The notes beneath the pieces were generated by a model. It made no database searches. It was not told where the DNA came from and saw only the letters and a program-made list of their open reading frames with translations. Position numbers and translations under genes: made by a program. DNA of 64,000 nucleotides from Calcarisporiella thermophila CBS 279.70 (Eukaryota; Fungi; Calcarisporiellomycota), in the NCBI RefSeq assembly GCF_041956535.1, contig NW_027192211.1, forward strand, positions 517,935 through 581,934, written 5' to 3'. Within the stretch, counting starts at the first letter, position 1. Each line of letters begins with the position of its first letter. Of this stretch, positions 39,366 through 51,107 are shown piece after piece.

Positions 39366-41705
39366 ATGGCCTCGTCATGGTCCTGCTGTAGCCGGGGTCT
39401 TCGCGCAAGCGAAGGACTACCGTTTCCATTATTCTACAATACCCTACTAAATAGAAGTAAAAGAACAACAACACGAATACTGCGATCGTACTCGACCCTT
39501 CCTTCAGCGATCTCAACCCCTGAACGTTCCTCCCTTTCCGCTCCCACTATTGTCAATACATCACCGTCAAGTGCTAGTCACAATGCGCTCAAGAAATTAA
39601 CAGCTTCGGCATGGGTGAGCGAGGACGTATCTCAACTTCGAGCGCTTATTTGTAAGCGGCCCTTACCTCCACTACATCATCTCTGGCAAGCTTATCTCTC
39701 TGCTCGCACTCATCTTGACTATATTCCGCGCAGTGATCTCTCTGCACTTCTGCGCATTTTCACCAACTCGATTGCGTACGGTAAACACGATTCACGAACC
39801 GATCTTGCGGTGACATTATTTGAGGATCTTGATAAACGGGGTGTGAAATTCACGGCAGAGGAGTATTCGCTGTGGATGAGAACATACCGCGCGAAATGGG
39901 CACTTACGCGGGCTATTAGAGTGATGGAACGAATGAAGCATGAGAGGGTGTCTCCGACACGCGAATGCTACACTGCCTTAGTGGATATGTTGGCGAGGAG
40001 TGGACATGTTGAGCAGGCTAACCAACTCTTTATTGACATGAAAGCGCAAGGAATTAAGCCCTCTTTTTATATTTATGCGCTCTTGGCAGAAGCTCATTTA
40101 AAAGGCAATAATAAATATCGTGCGTGGAATTTGTGCTGGCGCGCGGTAGGATCAGGTGTTTTACCCATAGATGAATACTTGTCGCGATTAAGAGCAAGAA
40201 GAAAGGAGTTCTCGAGCTGGTCCGAACAGGAACAGACGCGTGAGATACTGAATTTCTTAGTGCGGGCACTGGTGCTTGAAGATAATCTAGTGGAGGCACG
40301 GCGAATGTACAAGCTACATACACTTTTCGATCTCACTCCTTCAGAAGCGCTTTTAGAAGCATTAATTCACAGTCATATACAACGTGGACAAATCAAGAAG
40401 GGTTTAGACCTGGTGCTAGAAAGTAGACGCAACAATATTCGATTGACGCATGATGTAATAGAGTCGCTATTGAAAAAGAGCATTGCGCTGGAAGATTTGG
40501 CGGTGGCCGAGAAACTCTATCAATATGTTGGCGGAGCTTCCTTTTCTTTTTCTGAGCACGCATGTCGCGATCTAATTGCGCTTCACTTACGTCGCAAAAA
40601 TGCAATCGGAGCTATGCGGGTTTTTGGCGATCTAAGGAATAAGCATTTCCCCAATTTTCCTGCCACTGATACGGCAAATATTCTCTTACGGGGCCTCATC
40701 CAGTCTGCACGATTCGACGATGCTCGCCGTTTATTTGATACCATGCGACAGCAGAGTAACTTTACACCTAATGCTGCTGTTTACATAACACTTATCCATT
40801 TCTGTGCAAGATCGGGCGATGTGGTATTGGCGGAAAGGATGGTGCGGCAGATGCGGGAAAAAAGAATACCGTTGACGCGTGGTTGTTATACCATGCTTAT
40901 GGATTGCTATGCCCGTGTGGGAAGGATGGACGGCGCCATGGAGATGCTTCGGACGCTGGTTCAACGTGGGCACAAGCCTACAGTCACAGAATTCAATATA
41001 TTGCTAGCAGGATGTGCAATTCACCCACAGAACCGCCTTATCGGTGATATGGGTGTTGCAGATATCGCCAAAGTACTAGAGGCGATGCAGCAATACAATG
41101 TGAAGCCAGACTTGGTTACCTACCGTACTCTGATTACGACCTATCTAAAATACAGAGATCAACCCCACGAGCAGGTGGAAGATATGATCAGAGAGTTGGA
41201 GAGACGACAAAATTGGGGAATTGAAAAGGAAAATGTGTTTATGTTCAACATCCGACTTACGTACAAGGTGCAGGTGGAGGGAGTGCCCCGTGCGGTCCAG
41301 TTCTTCTTCGAACATGCCAAAGCCCATCCGAATTTCGCTTACGATGTAATCACATATCGCATTTTATTGGACGTGACTCTTAAACAGCACCGACTTGCTT
41401 ATTTGTCGAATCGTTTATATCGCCATATGTTGAATCGGGGACTGCAACTGCCTCCAGAACTCATGAACCAGCTCATATACTCATGGGCTGCCAAGAAGCG
41501 ATTCAAAAAGGCACGTAATCTTTTGGAAGGGATGGGTGAATTTGCGGATGTTCGCTCGTGGACCGGGCTGATACGCGCCTATTTGAAATATGGATATATG
41601 GAGGCAGCGAGAAAGGTGTGTGAGGACATGGAGGCGAGTGGGGTGAAGGCCGATGACTATTTAATGCGACTGTTTGACGAGAAGGACGGTGTGGGGGAGC
41701 AGTAA
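39366..41705 (+). CDS. Mitochondrial pentatricopeptide repeat protein
   Basis: Repeated 35-aa PPR units (e.g. CYTALVDMLARSGHVEQANQLFIDMKAQGIKPS); Arg/Ser-rich presequence; intronless. Confidence 0.9.
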   Translation: MASSWSCCSRGLRASEGLPFPLFYNTLLNRSKRTTTRILRSYSTLPSAISTPERSSLSAPTIVNTSPSSASHNALKKLTASAWVSEDVSQLRALICKRPLPPLHHLWQAYLSARTHLDYIPRSDLSALLRIFTNSIAYGKHDSRTDLAVTLFEDLDKRGVKFTAEEYSLWMRTYRAKWALTRAIRVMERMKHERVSPTRECYTALVDMLARSGHVEQANQLFIDMKAQGIKPSFYIYALLAEAHLKGNNKYRAWNLCWRAVGSGVLPIDEYLSRLRARRKEFSSWSEQEQTREILNFLVRALVLEDNLVEARRMYKLHTLFDLTPSEALLEALIHSHIQRGQIKKGLDLVLESRRNNIRLTHDVIESLLKKSIALEDLAVAEKLYQYVGGASFSFSEHACRDLIALHLRRKNAIGAMRVFGDLRNKHFPNFPATDTANILLRGLIQSARFDDARRLFDTMRQQSNFTPNAAVYITLIHFCARSGDVVLAERMVRQMREKRIPLTRGCYTMLMDCYARVGRMDGAMEMLRTLVQRGHKPTVTEFNILLAGCAIHPQNRLIGDMGVADIAKVLEAMQQYNVKPDLVTYRTLITTYLKYRDQPHEQVEDMIRELERRQNWGIEKENVFMFNIRLTYKVQVEGVPRAVQFFFEHAKAHPNFAYDVITYRILLDVTLKQHRLAYLSNRLYRHMLNRGLQLPPELMNQLIYSWAAKKRFKKARNLLEGMGEFADVRSWTGLIRAYLKYGYMEAARKVCEDMEASGVKADDYLMRLFDEKDGVGEQ

Positions 41706-42187
41706 AGGAAATCATGATTTGAGAGATGTGGATACCTTTGCCTATTTTGCTTTATTTTCTTTTCTCAATCATCGCACATTGTATTATAACCTCTACTATT
41801 TTTAGTTTTTTTTTTCTTTGTATTTTCAAAGGTTGATTGATTTATGTAAATTTTTAAAATTTCTAAAGAGCTCGCCGTTTACTTTATTATTTAATATTGC
41901 TCTTTGCCAGAGTTACTTCTCTTCAAAAAATTTCCGTCTAACTACCTACAGAAAAAAAATGCTGGATATTCAGGTTTCTAGATTGAATACTTGTACGTGT
42001 AAAACAGGAGAATTTAACTGATATTCAAGTGATGTTTCATTACTCCTCACCAATAGGCTCAGTTATTTAATCAAAAAAAAAAAAATATCTGTGGTCTTTG
42101 CAACTCAGGAACATGTTATGATAAATTTCATTTATAATTGCAATGCTTATTATTTATCATAAAAAATAAACATTCGTTTAATAGAGC

Positions 42188-44020
42188 CTATGCCTCCGCT
42201 AGCTCTTCATCATCTATCATTAGCCCTTCCATATCCTCTGCCAGTTCATCCAGTCCAACCTCGGGGAAGTCCTCTTCTTCAATATCTTGCTCATCATCAG
42301 CCTCCATAGCCGTATCAGCCTCTCTCCTATTACGAGCTTCATCTTTCCACAGAGTAACGTTCTGTCGCAATTCGGGGTCTTCCTCGAGATCGCGCAAGAA
42401 CAACTCATAATCCTGTTCAAGACGGTCTGCCTCTTGTTTCCGTGGTTGTAATTCTCCTTGATCGATTGCAATGCGCTTAAGCTTCCAGTTACGTGGGCGG
42501 TTCTTCTTTCGGCGGTTCGGATATGCCTTACGGACAAGAATAACGTCTGCAGTCGCGCGACGATCCAATCGGTCAAAGTTTTCGTCGTTGAAATTTGAAT
42601 TCACAAGATCATATCCCATGACAGAGTCTCCCGGTCGCAGAATTCCTCCCAGATGCGATCGCGTGATGAATGTGGTATCGTTCTTTCCGAAATCACTAGA
42701 CCGTGCTACGGTCACATCGGCGAGTACGAATTTACCCCTTGTTGGCCCGAGCATCTCCACATCAAGCACATCAAATTGAATGAGTTCTGGAACAGATGCC
42801 AGAGAATTAAACGGACTGCGCCAAAACACTTGATTTGAGATATCTGCGGAGGCAAGGGAGTTTGGATCAATGATGTGAATGCTGTTTCCAACACGGTGGC
42901 AGACGACGAGCGGAGGAATGTTTCCGAGAGAGCGAGCAAGAGGAGGAGGTAAACACAAAAGATCATCCTAGCGTGAAAATTAGAATAAACATACGAAGAT
43001 GATGTATGTTAGAGGAATGGAACTGAGCAAAGAAATGTATGGCTGAGATCATATTACCTTACAAATCGGTACTATTTCACATGAGAATGTGAATTTGAAG
43101 TTCGCTGTACCAGTATGGATATCTGAAGAAATAATTTGCTCTGAGGTTTTTGATCGAATTGGAACCACCGCTTGTAGAAATTCGAGCAACTTGATTGCAT
43201 GAGACTTGTTTGCAAAAAAGAAGTCGAGACCGTCTTTAGTTTCCTTAATATTGATTGTATTCTTGTGTGCATTATGTTTAAGCATAAGCTGCTCAAGGAA
43301 GAGGAATGTTCGTTTATGGTTAACCTGCCAAAATCAAATTCATCAATATTATGATTTGTTGAGGCCTACTAAATAATCAAATGCAAAAGAATATGGACTC
43401 ACTTTTTGACGAACTTGAACGCTTGCGCGCCAAGTATTTTCTGCCATAACTCGTGTACAGTCCGGACATTGCTGATGACTGACGACGTATTCAACCTCAA
43501 AGATTTGCTGTAAGATTGTTGAAGCAAAAACCTATGCAAGCGATTAATGAATATGTTAATTGAAGAATAACTATGAATTACTGAAAATAAGAGTGATCTT
43601 ACCTCCTTCTGAATGGTTAGCTTAACCTTAACACGCCTTGAATGCGGCTCTGTCCAAATGAATCCAGCATCTACTAATCGCACTTTTGATAACCCTTTCA
43701 GTCGCTTTAAGCATAATGCGAGAAGTTCTCTGCTCTCGAGTTCTGCAGTAACCCATGCATTGGGAGGCTGAAGGTAGCGCTCGCAATTACGGCAGAAGTG
43801 TATGGTTAACTGCTTTGGGATGCCTTCAGTGATATCCACCTCATTACGTATGCAATTGACACACATGTTCGCCGGATTTGGGGGAATCGGCGTACCACAT
43901 TGACAGCAAAGACTATATGTATCAATGGATTAGATCGATATGAATTAGTTTGCATTTTTGTACCATGTTCATACAGAGAACTTACATTAGCTGCTCCTGT
44001 ACAACGGGATGATATTCCAT
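42188..44020 (-). CDS. NMD3: 60S ribosomal export adaptor Nmd3
   Basis: LCCQCG..IPPNPANMCVNC, LESRELLALCLK, FIWTEPHSRR, THLG-like SHLG, RNWKLK, FLRDLEEDPELR. Confidence 0.97.
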
Positions 44021-44198
44021 GATATTATTTTTTTTTCTAGTAAGCTTGTAAAAAGGAAAATGATTAATCGAAAAGTTTTCCTTCTTGTTTGTTCAATTTG
44101 TGACTTGCATTAATAATGCGAACAGTCACAATTGTTTACATTTGATTCCTAATTGAAATCTAAGTCCTATCTCGCCTAATTACTTCCATTGCTCCAAA

Positions 44199-45387
44199 AT
44201 GTTGCGCACAATGTAAGTCTTGGCTGGAAAGGAGTTTATTTTGAGCCGATCTAATCTAAATACATTCCGATGCTAATCCTATCTATCCATTTGTTAGTAA
44301 GCCCAAGAATGCACGCTCGAAACGTGCACTTAAAAAGCGAGAGCCAAAAGTAAATGAGAATCCCAAAACCGCATTATTTATTCGGGGAAGCACGACAAGC
44401 CATATTGTGAATGATGCACTTACTGATCTGGTAGGAAAATATTAGCTTGATGGCTGGTCGATGGATGAATTTCTAAATTTTCTTCGAATTTCGCCTAATA
44501 ACTTAGTACTCGCTTAAAAAGCCTGATGCTGTTAATTTCACAAAAAAGAATCCCATCCACCCGTTTGACGATGACACACCTTTGACCTTCCTCTCTCAGA
44601 AAAATGACTCCTCTTTAATAGTTGTTGGTACTCATTCTAAAAAACGTCCTCACAATCTTGTATTCGCACGCATGTTCGACCATCAATTGATGGATATGAT
44701 CGAGGTTGGAATCGAGAAAAGTGTGCCCATGGCTGAGTTCAAGGTGAGTGTATTGCTGTTAGTTTCATCGTATTAGTTTTAGATTCGACCTTTAATAATG
44801 GATTTTAATTACTCTGTTAGGCTCCAAAATGTGCCGTTGGAATGCGTCCATTAATGGTATTTAATGGCGAGCACTGGGAATCCAAACCAGAACTTAAGCA
44901 TATGCGTACCATGCTTCTTGACTTTTTCCGGGGCCAGGAGGCGGATGCGATCAATCTTGCAGGGCTCGAGCACGTCATCTCCCTGACTGCAATGCCATCA
45001 TCCGAGGACGATGGTTCCCATCGTATCTTTTTCCGTGTATACACCATTCAGCTCAAAAAATCAGGGACACGTATTCCACGTATTGAGCTCGAGGAGATGG
45101 GTCCAAGTTTCGATTGGAGGATTAGGCGAAGAGTAGAGCCTAAGGATGACATGTGGAAGATGGCAATCAAGGTTCCTAAAGAGCTCAAACCGAAGAGGGT
45201 GAAGAATGTAGAGAAAGACCTTCTGGGAGACAAATACGGACGGGTGCATTTGGGCCGACAAGATTTATCGAAGTTGCAGACGCGGAAGATGAAGGGTTTA
45301 AAGAAGCGGCCCGTAGGATCCGACGAAGAGGACGACGACGACATGGACGTGGAGATGGCGGAGATATCGAAAAAGAGACGAGTGTGA
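44199..45387 (+). CDS. RPF2: Brix-domain 60S biogenesis factor Rpf2
   Basis: KPKNARSKRAL, HSKKRPHNL, LLDFFRG, PRIELEEMGPS, QDLSKLQTRKMKGLK. Confidence 0.96.
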
Positions 45388-45798
45388 TGATATCATACAT
45401 TACCAAAGACAATGTTTTCCTGTTAATATCATGCTATGCTTTAATTAAAGAGAAATATATGCGTTTTCGATTTTGTATGCCGGTTTGAAAATGTTCACGT
45501 GGGACCTTTACAAAATGGATAATACATTCTGATATCAAGCTATTTTTCCATGTCCTAAGAGCTAGGATAAAATTGACAAAAGTCTGAGAATATTTATCTG
45601 AGAATATGCAAAAAAAAAGACCGGTACATAAATTTTTCTAAAAATGGCACTGGCCTTTGGATTTAATCTAAATTGCTTTAGCGAGTATGGGTTGATAACA
45701 TCATATTAAAAGCATTAATGGGATACCGTTGCTCCAAACATTTTACAAATTAAAATAAAACGTGTTCCTTTAAATAGTCAACGTAGCTAATGAACTGC

Positions 45799-46244
45799 TT
45801 ATTGAACAACATCAATTGAGCCATACATTCCTGCAACGCATTGAAGTGCACAAATGTAATAGACTTTCCCAGGAGTCTTAAAAGTTTTGGTAAACTTCCC
45901 AACTAATAGCATAATCAGTATTAGTAATCAGTCTACTCTGACTTTCTAATTTTCAACTGACCCCCTAATTTTATCCCAGTGGCAAACAAATCATCAGGAT
46001 CTACCCCCTTGGGAGCGGACATCATTGGAGTTGCGCACCCTGCCGGCCCAGGATAATTTGTCCTCATGACATTGTGAGGGAGAATGCCTTCCCATTTAAA
46101 AGTCACTGGTTCTCCAACACGCACTACAGCATGCTTTGGGGAAAATGAATATGGCCCAACACCTCCATTAGACCCGACTCTAATGGTTAGATCAGCAAGT
46201 GTAGAACCCCAGAGTAGAAGGAAACAGAGGAGAAAGTGTATCAT
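45799..46244 (-). CDS. Small secreted cupredoxin-fold protein
   Basis: Signal peptide, FSP..VV..GEPVTFKW...PHNV; after one intron, FKTPGKVYYICALQCVAGMYGSIDV*. Confidence 0.8.
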
Positions 46245-47672
46245 GTTGAACCAGACTCAACCAAGAGCAGTGGTGCAATAAACGGAATTTTTGGCTCTTA
46301 TATTTTATTCTGATGGTTTTAAACTGGTTTGCATTTGGGCATGTACATAACCCCTGCAGTGCACTACAATAGAAATAGTAGTGCTTCATCTGACATCAAT
46401 TTTTTACGTTTCAAATAGATCTTCATAAGTTTCATGTGCGATATTTACGTTTGTTGTCCTGTTCTATATCCCTTGATGTTCCACTCCTAGCTGTTCTAGT
46501 TTTTCGTAGGCGTGTGCATTGAAGAATAACTCTAAGATATATTGGGACTGAAAGTTGAGTATATCACTATTTATGTATTTATATTAAGCGATATTACTTT
46601 TCTAATTATTATTAGCTTCAATCTTAAACGTGAGCGATTTGTTTATATTTGCAAGCTTACACAACATCGACCGGGATCAACCTTTCCGTAACCAACTCGT
46701 ACAAATACAGCAGAACACCTCTCCCAGGAATATATCAGCATAATGCCTGCCGATCTTAGGTAATCTTATCCATTTTATTTCTCTTGGAACTGGGTATAAT
46801 AAAACTAGTGTTGTGATGAGAAAACAACAAGCGACAAACTTCCTGTAATTTAAGATGGATACCCAGGATCCCATTTTCTATGTTTATTATTCCATCCTAT
46901 TAATCGACACATAGAGTCTTGAATCATGGTGAGGGAAATATTTCTCAAGCTTATTCTCATTTGCTAATAAAACCATGCCATGGCTCCCTGTGTTGATCCT
47001 GGTTTTGTTACGCCAAGAGGATGGAACGGCGGGCTATTAGGAGTAGAGGCCTCAATTTCTAGTCAAGAGCGGTTCTCCCTGAATATATTCTATTGCCAAT
47101 ATTCGTTATATGAGCATTTTATAACCTCACTAATTGCTAAGAAAACTTAGTGTGTCATGACTATATATTGTATTAGTTCGCTCCTCAATATCAGGGCAAA
47201 TTTCACGATTCAAATTTCCAAAAGAATCCTCTCATTTGATGGCCGTAGCAACAAACCAACTTTGCTTGTCATTAGTCGCTCTTAGCGATATTGGTTGATT
47301 GTGAGTAGACTGGCATCTATATTGCGATTCACTTCCACTAGAAGGAAGAGAATATTAGAATGATAATGATGGATAGACTAACTATAACATTGGAGTTTTT
47401 TTTGTGTTTACTTTATATATTGTGGTGGTATTTTTACAGATACCGACTAACAGCTCCCCTCCACCCTCTTTTTTTCTTTTTTTTTTAGTAATTGGCTAGA
47501 AGTCTATACAATATTTAAGTATAAGGTGGACAATGGGGGCGTGGTTGAATGATGCATTGCTATGAAATTAAACATGCTGTTTGTAGGCTGCAAGATATCA
47601 GTGTTATACAATTTTAAAATTTGCACTAGATAGCCTCCTATAGAAATAGGTGCGCTACTTATGACATAGATA

Positions 47673-48839
47673 CTACCATTTTAAGCGAAACGTGCCGCTT
47701 TCAGTTCTATGGACAGATGTGCCTAGTTCCGCGCCTTCTCGGTTGAGCGTTTTTTCAATCCAGTCTAAATCTTCGGAACTAGTTGCTCGATTCACCTTCA
47801 AGTGGCAAATCCGGGTAGGAATAAGAAGCAGCTCAGTTACATGGCCGGTTACTTGATCCACGCTTGGGAAATACATTAATCCTAGGTCGTCACGATATTC
47901 TTCGTAGCCTTCAATACCTTCATAGTCATCAATGAAATCACCAGCTCCATATACGATGAGTTTACCCTTGTACACCTCAATTCCTTTTATGTGGTGGCTT
48001 GAATGGCCGTGGATCAAGTCAACACCTGCTGTATCAATGAGTTCCCGAGCAAAATTCCTATGATAAGCTTCGATTTCAAAACCCCAATTGCTACCCCAAT
48101 GGATGCTAAAAACGACGATATCACGAGGTCCTTTATACCGTGAAATTAGCTCTTTTATTTTCTCAATGAAAGAAGCGGGGTGAACTGGGTCCACGTAGGC
48201 CACGCCAGGTCTATTACCATCAGCAGCCCAAGCCGTCGGAACACCGCTATCAGGCGAGCCGAAACTGAATACCAGCACTCTAGCCTTTTTGTGGGGGATA
48301 TCCATTATCACTGGCGATTCAGCTTCCTTCTGATTCAACCCGGCTCCCGCGGACTTAATGCCAGCGTTCTTCAATGTTGTTAGCGTGTCGATCAAACTTT
48401 GAGTACCCCAATCCATAACATGATTATTAGCCAGTAGAGCTATATCAATCCCGGCTGCTTTAATCACGTCCACATTGTCTGGATGCATACGGTAACAAAC
48501 TGGCTTATGAGGCCACGGAGTGTCACTAGAGGTTATTGAAGTTTCGAGATTTATAATTTTCACATCAGGCTTGTGCTTTTGGAATTCTTCTAGAAGACAT
48601 CCCCAAAGATAGTGAGGCTGAACGGGAGGATTTGTTGGCAGTTGTCCATTTTTCTTGATTGCAAGCAGGATGTAATGCCTAGCATCTTTCACATAAGACT
48701 CGTATAGGATTGGAGGGCAGGAATGGGCTAGAATCTGGTCGATGCCGCGTCCTAATACGACATCACCACAAAGAAAGAGATTGACAGGATCCGACTGTAA
48801 ATTGGGATGGTAAGATTCAGTAATGGAACTAGCTGACAT
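47673..48839 (-). CDS. CapA/PgsA-family (poly-gamma-glutamate synthesis) metallophosphatase, bacterial-like
   Basis: LCGDVVLGRGIDQIL, INLET, LANNHVMDWG, SIHWGSNWG, LIHGHSSHH, YGAGDFIDDYEGI; intronless; ATG at 48839. Confidence 0.9.
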   Translation of the reverse strand: MSASSITESYHPNLQSDPVNLFLCGDVVLGRGIDQILAHSCPPILYESYVKDARHYILLAIKKNGQLPTNPPVQPHYLWGCLLEEFQKHKPDVKIINLETSITSSDTPWPHKPVCYRMHPDNVDVIKAAGIDIALLANNHVMDWGTQSLIDTLTTLKNAGIKSAGAGLNQKEAESPVIMDIPHKKARVLVFSFGSPDSGVPTAWAADGNRPGVAYVDPVHPASFIEKIKELISRYKGPRDIVVFSIHWGSNWGFEIEAYHRNFARELIDTAGVDLIHGHSSHHIKGIEVYKGKLIVYGAGDFIDDYEGIEGYEEYRDDLGLMYFPSVDQVTGHVTELLLIPTRICHLKVNRATSSEDLDWIEKTLNREGAELGTSVHRTESGTFRLKW

Positions 48840-49439
48840 CCCCCGCTGTCGTGGAGATTGCTTTGACAAAAGGGAAAAAACAAGAGAGCTTTTCACGCAA
48901 GTTGCCACCGCAATCAAGTAGTATCGGTTGGCAAATAGTGAGCGAGTTTGGGAGAATTTAAAAATCACTCTGGATAGACAATATATACTTATCGCTGATA
49001 AATGCTGCACAAGTTGCAACACGTTTGCGGCTCTTTCTCTTATTTCTTACAGCCATTTCCTTTTTTTCATGAAAGTCATGGAAGTTACGCCACATTGATT
49101 AATGTGTGGGGACTCTTAATTTTATTGCGCGTATTTACAGATAAATCTGGGGTCGTTGAGGAACACCATTTTGCGAAATAAATGCGCCTTTCCCGGCTAC
49201 ATATTATAGGCAAGCTCACTAAGGACTTCAGGTTGTATATTGCTTAAAGTAACAATAAACATTCCACAGAGACAATACACTAAATGTACTGTTTTTTCTC
49301 ATTCTATGGGCGAATTACTATTTCACATCTACCCGTGAAGGGTTTCAAAATCAATTTGGCACAAGTCAGGCGATTCAATGAACAAACCAGATGACCGAGT
49401 CTTTATCGATGTCAACTCAAATATATCTCAGTAAAATGC

Positions 49440-49820
49440 TTATGCAAAGCGGACCTTTTCAAACTTGACTTCGTGCAGCGAAACCTCATATTTTCTTTGA
49501 AGGCTAAGCATGACCTCATCAAAATCGGGGCATTGGAGGGCAAGCCAGTCCCCTACCCAGTATGACTTTGAGCCAGTCCCCATGGAATTAGGATCACGGT
49601 CGAATGGGAAATTTGGGCACCTCTTCATAAGCTCCTGCTGAAATCTCATTTGCTCATCACTATTGCTGAAGCGGGCGACGTAGCTGTGCTCATTCCCGAT
49701 AGTTATCAGATTGTGGATTGGTAGAGCATTTTTCCAATACCTCACATTCCACTGCACACAAGCGCACAGGGGTGCAAACGGCAAGTAAACTAGAGCAAAC
49801 AGGAAAATTGTAAGATACAT
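49440..49820 (-). CDS. Small secreted orphan protein
   Basis: Hydrophobic signal peptide from ATG 49820, ~126 aa, two Cys in the mature part, TATA-like element upstream. Confidence 0.55.
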   Translation of the reverse strand: MYLTIFLFALVYLPFAPLCACVQWNVRYWKNALPIHNLITIGNEHSYVARFSNSDEQMRFQQELMKRCPNFPFDRDPNSMGTGSKSYWVGDWLALQCPDFDEVMLSLQRKYEVSLHEVKFEKVRFA

Positions 49821-49939
49821 GAGGGCGTTTACACTTTTCAAAAAAACCTATGAATAAATACAGAAAGTTTGCTATAATTATATATATCTTTTTTAAGGCC
49901 CTTGGAACTAAAACCGAGCAGGTGAATGGGAGTTTGAGA

Positions 49940-50835
49940 ACAAGGGTTGCATTTGATGTTGGCAGATATTAGGATTTTCGAAACTATTGAAAATCGGTAG
50001 TTTTGAACCCTTGACTTTGGCAATTTCTGTGTCAAGAAAGTGATTCTGTTATCAAAACAGCCTTCCGGCTCCCACAAGTATTTAACGACCAAAGGGATCT
50101 TCGAGACAGGAAGGTTGCAGGACTCATTAGAAGTCACTGAGGTTGGGAAAACCCGACCAGGGGCTGAAGGAAAAGTTGCTCTCAAAGCACGTGTCTTCGG
50201 AAATTGATTTGCTTCCTTCTAAAGCTTTTGGCTTCCTGTCTTCGCTCGTTTAACTTGGAAATTGCAACCATTATCACCTCTGCCCCATTGCTGCGCTGCT
50301 TCAGAGGCGTACTTGATCAGGGACGATGAGAAGAGTTGCAAGTTATTTCGCAATCCGTGGGACCAACAAATGATCAAGCGAAAAGAGGTTAAAGCATGAT
50401 TCGCGCCAAATTCAATCTCGATTATGCGAGGAGAATGCAGATTGCGTTGGAGTTCAAAGTGAACTCGATTTATCGAAAATCTGCCGCTAGACCGCAGATT
50501 TCAATGTCGTGCTCTCGACCCTCGCTCGCAATTGGCTCGCAAGTAGAAACCCTCTTTTCCTCCTCTCGAAATCATGCTGGGACTGTTTAAGCACATCGCG
50601 CATGAACTGGACAGAGTTGTCGTATCACTTTTAAACAAGCCGGCGTAAGCGAGATCACTATTGAATGTGATTAGCTGTTCTATGGGCGCTGGCCTGCAAG
50701 GTGTAATTTGGAGCGAGCGTGGGAAAGAAGGGCCTAAAGGGCAGCCAATCTCGTTGTTGGCAATAGCCATGCCAAGGTCCTGCCTGTAGCAGAAGGACCA
50801 AGTTCAAACCGACCGGCCCAGCTCTCACGCAATGC
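49940..50835 (+). ncRNA. Candidate ~900-nt highly structured ncRNA (unassigned)
   Basis: More than 12 stems of 6-13 bp, several nested and long-range, with G-U pairs favouring the + strand; no coherent ORF or splice pattern. Confidence 0.5.
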
Positions 50836-51107
50836 ATCTAAATCGTTTCATCATCATTTCTTTGTATATTCTACGTCACTAATTAAACTGGAATCTTGGT
50901 GTTACGGAAAGCTTTCAGCTATGCAATTGGATGTAACATCTTACCTAACTATATTATATTAATGGAGAACACGAAAAAGCCTCCCACAGTTAACCCCGGC
51001 TAACCTTTATAAGGGCGCCTTTTTTCTCTCGTTCGCTTCTCTTTTTAACGCGCCCCTTATTCTTTTTCCACTTTATTTTTAGTTTTCCATCTAACTCTCT
51101 TGTCATT

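Noticed and set aside
46975-47085. Imperfect hairpin pair resembling an H/ACA snoRNA
   Set aside because: No proper H box or terminal ACA.
51009-51060. 10-bp inverted repeat around a pyrimidine loop upstream of the lectin
   Set aside because: Overlaps the TATA element, so the 5' arm is probably not transcribed; single short stem.
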